From Escherichia phage vB_EcoP_F: DNA of 39,300 nucleotides. The notes beneath the pieces were generated by a model. It was not told the origin of the DNA. It did no database searches and saw only the letters and a list, made by a program, of their open reading frames with translations. Made by a program: the position numbers and the translations under genes. This document shows, in pieces, positions 8,963 to 17,626 of this stretch. Position 1 is the stretch's first letter. Each line of letters opens with the position of its first letter. The stretch lies in the sequence record NC_047808.1; one strand, 5' to 3'.

Positions 8963-9111
8963 TGGTAACTTATGGTCTCTGCCAGCACCACGTCACCAAC
9001 GCCCGGCTTATGGTCAAGACCGGGCAGTTAAACCACGATGCGACTATGCGCCACCTGAAAGCGGTCTACGAGGGCCGCAAGCGTATACACGACAGCTTAC
9101 ACACTGAGTGA
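8962..9111 (+). CDS. hypothetical early protein, 49 aa
   Basis: ATGA overlap with ocr stop, GAGGAGGA upstream; own translation MVTYGLCQHHVTNARLMVKTGQLNHDATMRHLKAVYEGRKRIHDSLHTE. Confidence 0.4.
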   Translation: MVTYGLCQHHVTNARLMVKTGQLNHDATMRHLKAVYEGRKRIHDSLHTE

Positions 9112-9177
9112 TAGACGAGAGGTCATCGACTGATAGGTGGCCTCAAAGATTACCACTTACATTGATAGGAGTTAACT

Positions 9178-9267
9178 ATGAACATCGGTTACTGGGTATG
9201 CCTGTCTCCAGTTATCTGGATGATAGGCTATGGGTTATACGACTGTATTAAACGGAAATCACTATGA
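9178..9267 (+). CDS. hypothetical small hydrophobic peptide, 29 aa
   Basis: GGAG RBS at 9166..9169; MNIGYWVCLSPVIWMIGYGLYDCIKRKSL; stop overlaps next start (ATGA). Confidence 0.35.
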   Translation: MNIGYWVCLSPVIWMIGYGLYDCIKRKSL

Positions 9268-9461
9268 GTAGCGCAATATTGATAGCCATAGGCTATGGAC
9301 TTATCGCCTACGTGCTGGTGAGAGACATCGACAAAGCGCGTAAAGTCTACAAATTCAACTATGTACGTCTGGGCCGCTGGACTGTACGTCAACCTAACGG
9401 ACGATTCATGCGCAACTTAGCGAACGTCTGGGATATAGCAACTATTGGGAGCAAACTGTAA
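9264..9461 (+). CDS. hypothetical early membrane protein, 65 aa
   Basis: Track ORF; N-terminal TM helix (AILIAIGYGLIAYVLV); translationally coupled. Confidence 0.45.
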   Translation: MSSAILIAIGYGLIAYVLVRDIDKARKVYKFNYVRLGRWTVRQPNGRFMRNLANVWDIATIGSKL

Positions 9462-9721
9462 TGAAAACCGTATACATTAACAAACCATCTATCCGTAGCC
9501 GTGTAGAGCAAATACAGCGTGACGTGTTCTTACATCGCCGCATGGAGGCTGAGGGCCATAAGTCCGAACTGATGTGTCTGGCGTATGGTGGACGACCGAT
9601 CACTGAAGATGGTAAACTTTTAGTCTCAGGCTGGAAGGCGATAGACCAACGGTCAACCATCAAGCACACGACTAATGGTGACTTCAGCCATCTCCACGCT
9701 AACCCACTGATATGCAAGTGA
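9461..9721 (+). CDS. hypothetical early protein, 86 aa
   Basis: Track ORF; GGGAG RBS; ATGA overlap with upstream ORF. Confidence 0.5.
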   Translation: MKTVYINKPSIRSRVEQIQRDVFLHRRMEAEGHKSELMCLAYGGRPITEDGKLLVSGWKAIDQRSTIKHTTNGDFSHLHANPLICK

Positions 9722-9726
9722 TTATG

Positions 9727-9749
9727 ACTTAACTATCACTATAGGACTC
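9727..9749 (+). promoter_or_regulatory. phage RNA polymerase promoter immediately upstream of the RNA polymerase gene, ACTTAACTATCACTATAGGACTC
   Basis: Full consensus match; +1 G at 9744, 75 nt upstream of gene 1 ATG. Confidence 0.7.
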
Positions 9750-9815
9750 AAGGTCTAAGACTACAAGTGAAAGACCAAAGAGACTTTAAGTGAAAGACTA
9801 ATAACAAGGACTTTA
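9745..9815 (+). promoter_or_regulatory. candidate RNase III processing region (R1 position) with repeated AAGTGAAAGAC / GACTTTAAGT units
   Basis: GACTCAAGGTC motif plus internal direct repeats in leader of gene 1. Confidence 0.3.
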
Positions 9816-9818
9816 AGT

Positions 9819-12500
9819 ATGAGCGTCATCTCTATTGACAAACACGACTTCTCTGATGTGTCGAACGCCATTGAGCCGTTTAACCTGCTGGCCGACCACT
9901 ACGGGCAAGACCTTGCAGTCAAACAGCTTCAGCTTGAGCATGAGGCATACACTGAAGGCGAGCGACGTTTCATCAAAAACCTTGAGCGACAGACTGAGCG
10001 CGGGGAACTGGCAGACAATCAGGTCGCCAAGCCTTTGATGCAGACTCTGGTCCCTAAGATTGCGCAAGCCGTCAGGGAGTGGCATGAAGGTCCAGACGGG
10101 AAGCTGTCAACCTCTCGTCCTAGCGTAGCGTTCACCATGTTAAGCACTGAAGAGAAGGCCGTCAAGGACCGCTCTCTGCGTATCTCTTGCGAGTCTGCTG
10201 CGGTCATCATACTGAAGGTCATACTCTCCAAGCTGGTCAAGCCTGAAGGGATACCGATTACACCGATGGCCTCCGCGATAGGCCGCACACTTGAGGACGA
10301 AATCCGCTTCGGTCGCATCCGTGACAAAGAGAAAGAGCACTTCAAGAAGGCGATAGCTGATAACCTGAATAAGCGGGCCGGGGCGTCCTACAAGAAAGCC
10401 TACATGCAAGCGGTCGAGGCGTCCATGCTGGAGCAAGGCCAACTGGAAGATGCGTGGGGGACTTGGAGTCCTACAGAGGCTGTCCACGTTGGCATCAAGA
10501 TGCTTGAGATTGTCATCCAGTCAACACAACTGGTCGAGCTTAAGCGGTACGGTGCTGGCAATGCAGCGGCTGACGTAGAGATGGTCCACCTGTCGGACTT
10601 CTGGGTCAAGAAGATGGCACAACGAGGATTCAGCCTTGCGGGTATCGCTCCAGTCTACCAGCCTTGCGTCGTTCCACCTAAGCCGTGGACTGGTGTCGTA
10701 GGTGGTGGGTACTGGGCCAAAGGTCGCAGACCGTTACCATTGATTCGCTTAGGGTCTAAGTCTGCGGTAGCACGTTATGAAGACGTGTACATGCCTGAAG
10801 TCTATGACGCTGTGAACATCATCCAAAATACACCTTGGAAAGTGAACAAGGAGGTATTGGACGTGGTGAACATGGTCGAGAAGCTGAACAACACGCCTAT
10901 TGATGACATCCCTCAGATGGAACCGCTGAAGCCTGAGGACTATGCTGGTGAGACCGAGGAGGAACTCAAGGCATGGAAGAAGGCTGCTGCTGGTATCTAT
11001 CGCCGCGAGAAGGCCAGACAGTCACGCAGATTATCACTGAGCTTTATCGTTAACCAAGCAAACAAGTTCTCTCAGTTCAAGGCCATCTGGTTCCCGTACA
11101 ACATGGATTGGCGAGGTCGTGTCTACGCTGTCCCGATGTTCAACCCTCAGGGTAACGACATGCAGAAGGGTCTCCTGACTCTGGCAGTCGGCAAGCCTAT
11201 TGGTGCTGACGGTTTCAAATGGCTGAAGGTCCACGGTGCAAACTGTGCGGGTGTCGATAAAGTCACCTTCGAGGAGCGCATCAAGTGGGTGGAAGACAAC
11301 CACGAAAACATCATGGCTGCTGCTAAGGCACCGATGGATAGTATTGAGTGGTGGGGCAAGTTAGACTCTCCGTTCTGTTTCCTCGCGTTCTGCTTCGAGT
11401 ATGCTGGCGTAATGCACCACGGCCTGTCTTACTCCTGCTCGCTGCCGATAGCGTTCGATGGGTCCTGCTCTGGTATTCAGCACTTCAGTGCGATGCTTCG
11501 TGACCACATCGGTGGACATGCAGTAAACCTGACGCCATCCGGTAAGGTACAAGACATCTACCGCATTGTGTCTGACCGCATTGAGGAGGAGCTTAAAGTC
11601 CTGCTGATTAACGGTACTGACAACGAGATGGTCACTCACGAGGATAAGAAAACTGGTGAGATTACCGAACGTATCAAGCTGGGGACACGAGAGCTGGCCC
11701 GTCAGTGGCTGACATACGGTATGTCACGCAAGGTCACTAAGCGTTCAGTCATGACTCTGGCATACGGGTCGAAAGAGTACGGCTTCGCAGACCAAGTTTA
11801 CGAGGACATCGTGATGCCAGCGATTGACTCAGGGTCTGGCGCTATGTTCACCGAGCCGAGCCAAGCGTCTCGCTTCATGGCTAAGATGATTTGGGAAGCT
11901 GTGAGCGTGACCGTAGTTGCTGCGGTTGACGCGATGAAGTGGCTTCAGGGTGCTGCCAAGCTGCTGGCTGCTGAAGTGAAGGACAAGAAGACTGGAGAAA
12001 TCCTGAAGCCTTGCCTTCCGGTACACTGGGTAACACCTGATGGTTTCCCGGTCTGGCAGGAATACCGCAAGAAGGATACCACTCGTCTGAATCTGATGTT
12101 CTTAGGGTCATTCAACCTTCAACCTACGGTCAACAAAGGCATGAAGAAAGAGCTGGACAAGCACAAGCAGGAGTCAGGCATTAGCCCGAACTTCGTCCAC
12201 TCACAAGATGGTAGCCACCTACGCAAGACTGTAGTCCACACGCATCGCAAGTATGGCGTGATGTCATTCGCAGTGATTCATGATAGCTTCGGGACCATCC
12301 CGGCTGACGCTGAATATCTGTTCCGTGGTGTCCGTGAGACGATGGTCGAGACCTACCGCGACAACGATGTGCTGCTTGACTTCTACGAGCAGTTTGAATA
12401 CCAGCTTCACGAGAGCCAGCGCGATAAGTTGCCTGAGCTTCCGAAGAAAGGTAAACTGAATATCGAAGACATCTTGTCTTCAGACTTTGCATTCGCTTAA
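9819..12500 (+). CDS. single-subunit DNA-directed RNA polymerase gp1
   Basis: 893 aa vs T7 RNAP 883 aa; conserved motifs e.g. HDSFGT, YGVMSFAVIHDSFGTIP, C-terminal FAFA. Confidence 0.95.
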   Translation: MSVISIDKHDFSDVSNAIEPFNLLADHYGQDLAVKQLQLEHEAYTEGERRFIKNLERQTERGELADNQVAKPLMQTLVPKIAQAVREWHEGPDGKLSTSRPSVAFTMLSTEEKAVKDRSLRISCESAAVIILKVILSKLVKPEGIPITPMASAIGRTLEDEIRFGRIRDKEKEHFKKAIADNLNKRAGASYKKAYMQAVEASMLEQGQLEDAWGTWSPTEAVHVGIKMLEIVIQSTQLVELKRYGAGNAAADVEMVHLSDFWVKKMAQRGFSLAGIAPVYQPCVVPPKPWTGVVGGGYWAKGRRPLPLIRLGSKSAVARYEDVYMPEVYDAVNIIQNTPWKVNKEVLDVVNMVEKLNNTPIDDIPQMEPLKPEDYAGETEEELKAWKKAAAGIYRREKARQSRRLSLSFIVNQANKFSQFKAIWFPYNMDWRGRVYAVPMFNPQGNDMQKGLLTLAVGKPIGADGFKWLKVHGANCAGVDKVTFEERIKWVEDNHENIMAAAKAPMDSIEWWGKLDSPFCFLAFCFEYAGVMHHGLSYSCSLPIAFDGSCSGIQHFSAMLRDHIGGHAVNLTPSGKVQDIYRIVSDRIEEELKVLLINGTDNEMVTHEDKKTGEITERIKLGTRELARQWLTYGMSRKVTKRSVMTLAYGSKEYGFADQVYEDIVMPAIDSGSGAMFTEPSQASRFMAKMIWEAVSVTVVAAVDAMKWLQGAAKLLAAEVKDKKTGEILKPCLPVHWVTPDGFPVWQEYRKKDTTRLNLMFLGSFNLQPTVNKGMKKELDKHKQESGISPNFVHSQDGSHLRKTVVHTHRKYGVMSFAVIHDSFGTIPADAEYLFRGVRETMVETYRDNDVLLDFYEQFEYQLHESQRDKLPELPKKGKLNIEDILSSDFAFA

Positions 12501-12518
12501 TAACATAGGAGAGACAAC

Positions 12519-12719
12519 ATGCAGTTCGCACACCGTGTATCAAACGTATCTGGCGGCAACAAGGTAGTAACCGTAACCACTGTGGCTGGCAAGGGTCTGG
12601 TCAAGGTTACTATGGTCCCGACCGGAACGGCTAAGGCCAAGGGTATCAGCCAGAAGGAGCTGATTCAGGTAATCAAGTGGTCCCACGAGAAGTCCCTACG
12701 GGAAGAGGCAACCAAATGA
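12519..12719 (+). CDS. hypothetical protein, 66 aa
   Basis: Track ORF; GGAGAG RBS. Confidence 0.45.
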   Translation: MQFAHRVSNVSGGNKVVTVTTVAGKGLVKVTMVPTGTAKAKGISQKELIQVIKWSHEKSLREEATK

Positions 12720-12793
12720 CATACCTACAGTTACTGGCCTTGTGGCTGGGAGTACTAGCAGTATTCACTTTAATCCAACGCAGAAGAGGTTAA
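12716..12793 (+). CDS. hypothetical small hydrophobic peptide, 25 aa
   Basis: ATGA coupling; MTYLQLLALWLGVLAVFTLIQRRRG; ends at promoter. Confidence 0.3.
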   Translation: MTYLQLLALWLGVLAVFTLIQRRRG

Positions 12794-12816
12794 CCTAAAC
12801 TATCACTATAGGATTA
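12794..12816 (+). promoter_or_regulatory. phage RNA polymerase promoter (phi1.1 position), CCTAAACTATCACTATAGGATTA
   Basis: Consensus match; by analogy with T7 this region may also be the primary replication origin. Confidence 0.75.
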
Positions 12817-12870
12817 GACTCAAGGTCATGACTCAGAGTCGTGGCCTTCATGATTAACCCTATAACCTAA
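12815..12870 (+). promoter_or_regulatory. candidate RNase III site (R1.1 position) with motif TAGACTCAAGGTCAT
   Basis: Recurrent motif at 12815..12829. Confidence 0.3.
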
Positions 12871-12888
12871 ACAACTGGAGCTACAACA

Positions 12889-13068
12889 ATGTATCAGAAC
12901 ACTATCAACTTCGAGCGCATCCGTGAACGTCAGCAGACTGAAGATTACATTCCGAAGGGCCGCAAGCTGAACAAGACCAAGCGTGGCGGTGGTGTCAAGG
13001 GTGCTTTCCGTAACGCTGAGGGCAAAGACTCTATGGTAAATCAAGAGAAATACTTCGTAGGAGCATAA
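12889..13068 (+). CDS. gp1.1-like small basic protein, 59 aa
   Basis: Own translation MYQNTINFERIRERQQTEDYIPKGRKLNKTKRGGGVKGAFRNAEGKDSMVNQEKYFVGA; KGRKLNKTKR matches recalled T7 gp1.1; GGAG RBS. Confidence 0.6.
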   Translation: MYQNTINFERIRERQQTEDYIPKGRKLNKTKRGGGVKGAFRNAEGKDSMVNQEKYFVGA

Positions 13069-13072
13069 CGCT

Positions 13073-13336
13073 ATGGGCCGACTTTATAGTGGCAACATTA
13101 ACGCTTTCAGAGCAGCGTGCAACCGACTATATCAGTTAGACTTCGCTGTCATATCTCAGGAGTCTCAAGACCTTGCGTCACGCCAAGAGTGCATGAGACT
13201 CAGGGTCGAGGACCGGGCTGGTAACATATTCGCTCTTGAGTCCTTCGCACACTACGATGAAGACGTACTGTACAATACTGCAACCGACTTCCTTAATGGT
13301 CTCGCTGACCAACTCGACACATGGAGCAAATCCTAA
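13073..13336 (+). CDS. gp1.2-like protein (T7 gp1.2 is the host dGTPase inhibitor)
   Basis: 87 aa; MGRLYSGN..LRVEDRAGN..HYDEDVLYN matches recalled T7 gp1.2. Confidence 0.75.
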   Translation: MGRLYSGNINAFRAACNRLYQLDFAVISQESQDLASRQECMRLRVEDRAGNIFALESFAHYDEDVLYNTATDFLNGLADQLDTWSKS

Positions 13337-14388
13337 TGACAACGATTATCAAAACTAACCCACATCGCGCTGTATACTACTCTGAGTCTGGCGTTAAGAA
13401 AGCACTGGATGCCACTGGGTCTCTCGAAGCTGAAGTGAAGTACGATGGCGTCCGGTTGAATCTTCCGGTCTTCCCTACTGGTGAGACTCAATGGTTGAGC
13501 CGTGAGTCTAAACCTCTCCCAGCCCTTAGCTGGTTGAACACTTCCGGTCAGGACATAGGAGCTACCAAAGCGAGCGACTGGCGGTGGTTCCTGAAGCAAG
13601 CTGGCTATGAAGGGACTGGCCTGATGATTGATGGCGAGGTCATGGTGAAAGGGGTTGACTTCAACACGTCTTCGGGCCTCATCCGCACGAAGTATGTCAA
13701 GTCTAAAAACTACGACTTCCACGATGGCGATTGGGACCTCAAGTCCAAGACTACTCAGTTCCGGCTGGACCGAGACCATATCAAGGTGGTCGTCTATGGT
13801 ATCATAGACCTTAACGTCATCCTTGACCAGAAAGCCGAAGGTCCTATCCATAGCGTCACACGCCTGAAGGCCGAAGCTATCGTCCCTCTCCTCCAGAAAT
13901 ACTTCCCGGAAATCGACTGGGTTCTGTCTGAGTCACACACGGTCTATGACCTTGAGTCGCTCAACTCCCTGTACGAACAGAAGCGTCTGGAAGGACATGA
14001 GGGTCTGGTAGTCAAGGACCCGCTGGGTAAATACAAGCGTGGCAAGAAGTCAGGCATGTGGAAGATGAAGCCTGAGGAGACCATCGACGGGACAGTATGT
14101 GGCCTCGTGTGGGGGACTCCGGGTAAGGCTAACGAAGGTAAGGTGATTGGCTTTGAGGTGCTGCTTGAGGATGGCATGGTGGTTAATGCTTGTGGTCTGA
14201 CTGAAGAACAGAAGGATGAGTTTACGGAAGCCTGTAACACTGATACATATATTCTCGGTGGAATCAATCCATACGAAGGCTGGCAGTGTGAAGTCCTTTT
14301 CATGGAGCGGTTCCCTGATGGCTCACTCCGTCATCCCAGCTTCAAGTGTTGGCGTGGAACGGAAGACAATCCAACCGTTAAGAGCTAA
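13336..14388 (+). CDS. ATP-dependent DNA ligase gp1.3
   Basis: Adenylation motif KYDGVR; start set to ATG 13336 (TAATG overlap, GGAG RBS), giving MTTIIKTNP.. like T7 MMNIKTNP.. Confidence 0.9.
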   Translation: MTTIIKTNPHRAVYYSESGVKKALDATGSLEAEVKYDGVRLNLPVFPTGETQWLSRESKPLPALSWLNTSGQDIGATKASDWRWFLKQAGYEGTGLMIDGEVMVKGVDFNTSSGLIRTKYVKSKNYDFHDGDWDLKSKTTQFRLDRDHIKVVVYGIIDLNVILDQKAEGPIHSVTRLKAEAIVPLLQKYFPEIDWVLSESHTVYDLESLNSLYEQKRLEGHEGLVVKDPLGKYKRGKKSGMWKMKPEETIDGTVCGLVWGTPGKANEGKVIGFEVLLEDGMVVNACGLTEEQKDEFTEACNTDTYILGGINPYEGWQCEVLFMERFPDGSLRHPSFKCWRGTEDNPTVKS

Positions 14389-14399
14389 CTAAACGTCAA

Positions 14400-14430
14400 C
14401 CCAGTGGTCTTCGGACTGCTGGGTTTCTTT
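14400..14430 (+). terminator. intrinsic terminator (early terminator TE position): CCCAGTGGTC-UUCG-GACTGCTGGG + TTTCTTT
   Basis: 10-bp stem (two G-U pairs), UUCG tetraloop, U-rich tail; immediately after ligase gene, as T7 TE. Confidence 0.65.
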
Positions 14431-14452
14431 GCGTCTTGGCCACAAGCCTGAC

Positions 14453-14475
14453 CCTAAGCTATCACTATAGGACAA
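14453..14475 (+). promoter_or_regulatory. phage RNA polymerase promoter, CCTAAGCTATCACTATAGGACAA
   Basis: Consensus match with one upstream substitution. Confidence 0.7.
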
Positions 14476-14501
14476 CCATAACTCGACCTAAGGAGGCCGA
14501 C

Positions 14502-14765
14502 ATGTTTAAGAACTTAATGTTCAACCGTTATACCAGTACCTTCCACCTGTCCCACAACCCGTTCGCTTGCATTGAGCGCAACGAGAAGCTAGGATACTTC
14601 GGGAAGGCCGTTAAGCTGTCACCTACAGTCTTCGCTCTGATTACTCCGGGAAAAGCTGAAGAGGCTCGCCAAAAGCGTGAGACCAACGTACCTGTGGTCT
14701 ACACCAAGTGGCCTCGCGTTCGTCTGTTTGTTGAGTTCGTGAAGAAGGAGGTGAACAATGGTTAA
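14502..14765 (+). CDS. hypothetical protein at gene 1.6 position, 87 aa
   Basis: ATG 14502 with TAAGGAGG RBS; track ORF from TTG 14436 would run through the promoter. Confidence 0.5.
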   Translation: MFKNLMFNRYTSTFHLSHNPFACIERNEKLGYFGKAVKLSPTVFALITPGKAEEARQKRETNVPVVYTKWPRVRLFVEFVKKEVNNG

Positions 14766-15201
14766 GGTGGGGGATACAGTTGAATATGTTGGACCAGTTG
14801 AAGCCTACACGGGACGCTCCTGTGGCAAGGTGATAGTGGTTAAGAATGAGCATGTAGCTGTTGTTAAGTGGCCCGGTTTATCTGAACCACTCAGTCACTC
14901 CATTAGCTCCTTAAGTATTACCAATCAGGCTCAGTCCGAGCCGACAACCATAGGTCAGGGAGATAGCGTCCGTAAGCCGTCGCACTATCAGGTCTTTGAC
15001 GGTGTGGAATCCATTGAGATTATCGCCCGGTCCATGACTGTCAGTGAGTTCCGTGGTTTCTGCATGGGTAACGTCCTGAAGTATCGACTCCGAGCTGGTA
15101 AGAAGTCAGAGCTGGCTACTATGGAGAAGGACCTGAACAAAGCAGCCTTCTATCAGGAGTTGTTCGACCTGCATAAAGGTAAGTGCTATGACTCCAAGTA
15201 G
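14758..15201 (+). CDS. gp1.7-like nucleotide kinase (C-terminal domain conserved)
   Basis: 147 aa; KPSHYQVFDGVESIEIIARSMTVSEFRGFCMGNVLKYRLRAGKKSEL matches recalled T7 gp1.7 C-terminus; shorter N-terminus than T7. Confidence 0.7.
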   Translation: MVKVGDTVEYVGPVEAYTGRSCGKVIVVKNEHVAVVKWPGLSEPLSHSISSLSITNQAQSEPTTIGQGDSVRKPSHYQVFDGVESIEIIARSMTVSEFRGFCMGNVLKYRLRAGKKSELATMEKDLNKAAFYQELFDLHKGKCYDSK

Positions 15202-15279
15202 CTGGTGCTTTAGACAGTGGGTCTCAACCGGGAATGTGGACTACCTGTCCATGTACCATATGTGGAAGGAGAAAGGACT

Positions 15280-15438
15280 ATGAGCCTTGAAGAAAAGAAG
15301 TACATCGTGGAGCTTGAGGGACGCGTTCAGTCCTTCGAGGTTCCGTTGTACGCAAAGTCTCTTGAAGAGGCTACCCTGAAGTCCCAAGAGTATGAGGACG
15401 CTGGGTTTGTGGTCGGACGGATTCGTCCTGAGACCTAA
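15280..15438 (+). CDS. gp2-like inhibitor of host RNA polymerase
   Basis: [24 protein letters not shown] matches recalled T7 gp2; start ATG 15280 with GGAAGGAG RBS (track ORF starts 15217). Confidence 0.7.
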   Translation: MSLEEKKYIVELEGRVQSFEVPLYAKSLEEATLKSQEYEDAGFVVGRIRPET

Positions 15439-15456
15439 ACTATCACTGTAGGACAG
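15434..15456 (+). promoter_or_regulatory. phage RNA polymerase promoter variant (phi2.5 position), CCTAAACTATCACTGTAGGACAG (-3 A to G)
   Basis: Consensus match except one core substitution. Confidence 0.55.
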
Positions 15457-15495
15457 ACGTCCAGTTCGTAACTTTAAAATAGGAGATTTACACCG

Positions 15496-16194
15496 ATGGC
15501 TAAAGAGCAACTGAAGACTTTCACCACTCCGGTAGCTGGCATAGTTGAGCCTTACGCATGGCTGAACAAAGCAGACACCAAGTTTAACGAGCGTGGTGAG
15601 CATAAGGTTAACCTGACATTCGACCTGAGCAACCCGAAGGTCCGTAAGATGATTGATGTCTTACAGAAGATTCACGACGATGCGTATGCGAAAGCACTTG
15701 CAGACCACGAGAAGAACCCACCTCAGGTTCAGCGTGGCAAGAAGCCTATTGAACCACGAGAAGGCGACATGCCGTGGATTGAGAATGGTGACGGTACTGT
15801 TACCTTGAAGTTTAAATGCTTCGCGTCTTACCTGAAGGATGGTAAGTCTGAGCCTATCGTATTACGGTTCTACGACACCGATGCTAAGTTAATCCGTGAC
15901 GTCCCGAATATTGGCGCTGGCTCAAAGCTGAAGGTCAAGTTTAAAGTCCTGCCGTTTAAGTGGAACGCTGCGACTGGTGCAAGCGTTAAGCTCCAACTTG
16001 AGTCCTGCCTTCTGGTAGAACTGAAGGAGTGGAAAGGCGATGGTGCTGGTGGCGATGGTGGTTGGGGTGATGATGAAGACCTCGGTACTGGCTACAAAGC
16101 GTCAACCGATGGTGACTTCGGGTCTGATGACTTCGGTGACGATGGTTCCGAAGGTGGTTCCGAGTCCAACTCTGGTGGCGATTACGACTTCTAA
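15496..16194 (+). CDS. single-stranded DNA-binding protein gp2.5
   Basis: 232 aa, same length as T7 gp2.5; acidic C-terminal tail ending in F (..GGDYDF). Confidence 0.9.
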   Translation: MAKEQLKTFTTPVAGIVEPYAWLNKADTKFNERGEHKVNLTFDLSNPKVRKMIDVLQKIHDDAYAKALADHEKNPPQVQRGKKPIEPREGDMPWIENGDGTVTLKFKCFASYLKDGKSEPIVLRFYDTDAKLIRDVPNIGAGSKLKVKFKVLPFKWNAATGASVKLQLESCLLVELKEWKGDGAGGDGGWGDDEDLGTGYKASTDGDFGSDDFGDDGSEGGSESNSGGDYDF

Positions 16195-16646
16195 TGGCCC
16201 AATGGTCTGCAAAACGGGGGCACTCTGTGGGTGCCTACCGCTCTGGGCTTGAAGCCAAGAACCAGCAGTGGCTGGAACAGAACGGCGTCAAAGCGGAGTA
16301 CGAAAGCCATTATATCAACTATGTGATTCCGGCTTCCGACCACAAGTACACACCAGATTTTATTCTTCCTAACGGTATCATCGTGGAGACCAAAGGTATC
16401 TTCGATAGTGATGACCGTAAGAAGCACCTTCTGGTACGAGAACAGCACCCAGAGTTAGACATCCGGTTCGTGTTCTCAAGTTCCCGCTCCAAGTTATACA
16501 AAGGGTCTCCGACCACGTATGGCACATGGTGCGAAAAGAACGGCTTTAAGTATGCCGATAAGTTCATCCCGGTTGAGTGGCTGCGAGAGACGACTGTACG
16601 TCTGCCTTCGGGTATACTCATTCCAAAAAAGAAAGGAGTTAAGTGA
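16194..16646 (+). CDS. endonuclease I (Holliday junction resolvase) gp3
   Basis: 150 aa; YVIPASDHKYTPDF, HLLVREQHPELDIRFVFSSS match recalled T7 gp3. Confidence 0.9.
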   Translation: MAQWSAKRGHSVGAYRSGLEAKNQQWLEQNGVKAEYESHYINYVIPASDHKYTPDFILPNGIIVETKGIFDSDDRKKHLLVREQHPELDIRFVFSSSRSKLYKGSPTTYGTWCEKNGFKYADKFIPVEWLRETTVRLPSGILIPKKKGVK

Positions 16647-16870
16647 TGACCCAAGAAGTTAAGGTCGTTCGTCAGCGTCTGACCATTGATAAAATCCCGG
16701 TAGGCTATGCGTTTATCGTCCACGGTAAGCCTGGTGAAGTGTACGTGAAGATTAGTAACTCTCACGTCTTCAACCATAAGTTGCTCCAGATGCACACCAC
16801 GGATGCTAACCGCTTCCAACGTCATCTGAACCTCGTAGCTGTAGAGCTGGTGGTGTATGATGGTGAGTAA
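16646..16870 (+). CDS. hypothetical protein, 74 aa, between gene 3 and 3.5
   Basis: ATG 16646 with AAAGGAG RBS; overlaps both neighbours; no T7 counterpart recalled. Confidence 0.45.
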   Translation: MTQEVKVVRQRLTIDKIPVGYAFIVHGKPGEVYVKISNSHVFNHKLLQMHTTDANRFQRHLNLVAVELVVYDGE

Positions 16871-17318
16871 GGTGCAATTCAACCCACGGTCCCGGACTGA
16901 CGCTATCTTCGTTCACTGTTCGGCTACCAAGCCAGAGATGGACATCGGGGTAGAGACCATCCGTATGTGGCACAAGCAGCAAGGCTGGCTGGATGTAGGC
17001 TACCACTTTATCATCAAGCGTGATGGTACTGTGGAAGAGGGTCGCCCGGTAAATGTCGTAGGGTCACACGTTAAGGATTGGAACTCCCGGTCCGTAGGCG
17101 TCTGCCTTGTAGGGGGAATTGACGCTAAGGGTCAGTTTGAAGCTAACTTCACTCCAGCCCAGATGAACTCCCTGCGCAACAAGCTGGCTGACCTGAAGGT
17201 CCTGTATCCTCAGGCAGAAATAAAAGCACACCATGACGTAGCACCTAAGGCGTGTCCAAGTTTTGACTTGCAACGCTGGCTGTCTACCAATGAACTGGTC
17301 ACTTCCGACCGTGGTTAA
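16857..17318 (+). CDS. N-acetylmuramoyl-L-alanine amidase (T7 lysozyme) gp3.5
   Basis: DAIFVHCSATKP, GYHFIIKRDGTVEEGR, HHDVAPKACPSFDL..NELVTSDRG match recalled T7 gp3.5. Confidence 0.9.
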   Translation: MMVSKVQFNPRSRTDAIFVHCSATKPEMDIGVETIRMWHKQQGWLDVGYHFIIKRDGTVEEGRPVNVVGSHVKDWNSRSVGVCLVGGIDAKGQFEANFTPAQMNSLRNKLADLKVLYPQAEIKAHHDVAPKACPSFDLQRWLSTNELVTSDRG

Positions 17319-17342
17319 TAAACTCTAAGGGAGAACAACCCA

Positions 17343-17558
17343 ATGATTAAACTTATCGAATTTCTTGGTCGTCTGGTGGTGCGTGGTTATCGTCGTGCTG
17401 CGGTACTGGAACGAAAGGTAGAAAAGAAGACTGCGGACGGTGCGGCTGATGCTGCTGCTCTGGCTGACAAGCTGACCATCGCGTCACTGGAAGCTGGCAT
17501 GAAGGCTCGTCAGGCTGATACCAAAGCTGACCAATTGGCTCAGTTCTTCAAAGCCTAA
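17343..17558 (+). CDS. hypothetical protein, 71 aa
   Basis: AGGGAG RBS; predicted helical/basic; identity not established. Confidence 0.5.
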   Translation: MIKLIEFLGRLVVRGYRRAAVLERKVEKKTADGAADAAALADKLTIASLEAGMKARQADTKADQLAQFFKA

Positions 17559-17576
17559 ACTATCACCTTAGGGATG
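17554..17576 (+). promoter_or_regulatory. divergent phage-promoter-like sequence CCTAAACTATCACCTTAGGGATG (two core mismatches)
   Basis: Upstream half identical to consensus; -4/-3 differ. Confidence 0.35.
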
Positions 17577-17626
17577 GGACCATTAGTCCTGTCCCTTTGT
17601 TCGCATTATTGATTAAGGAGTGACCA

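Noticed and set aside
14436-14765. Longer 109-aa version of the gene 1.6-position ORF starting at TTG 14436
   Set aside because: It would begin inside the terminator/promoter region and run through the phage promoter; the internal ATG 14502 with a strong RBS is preferred.
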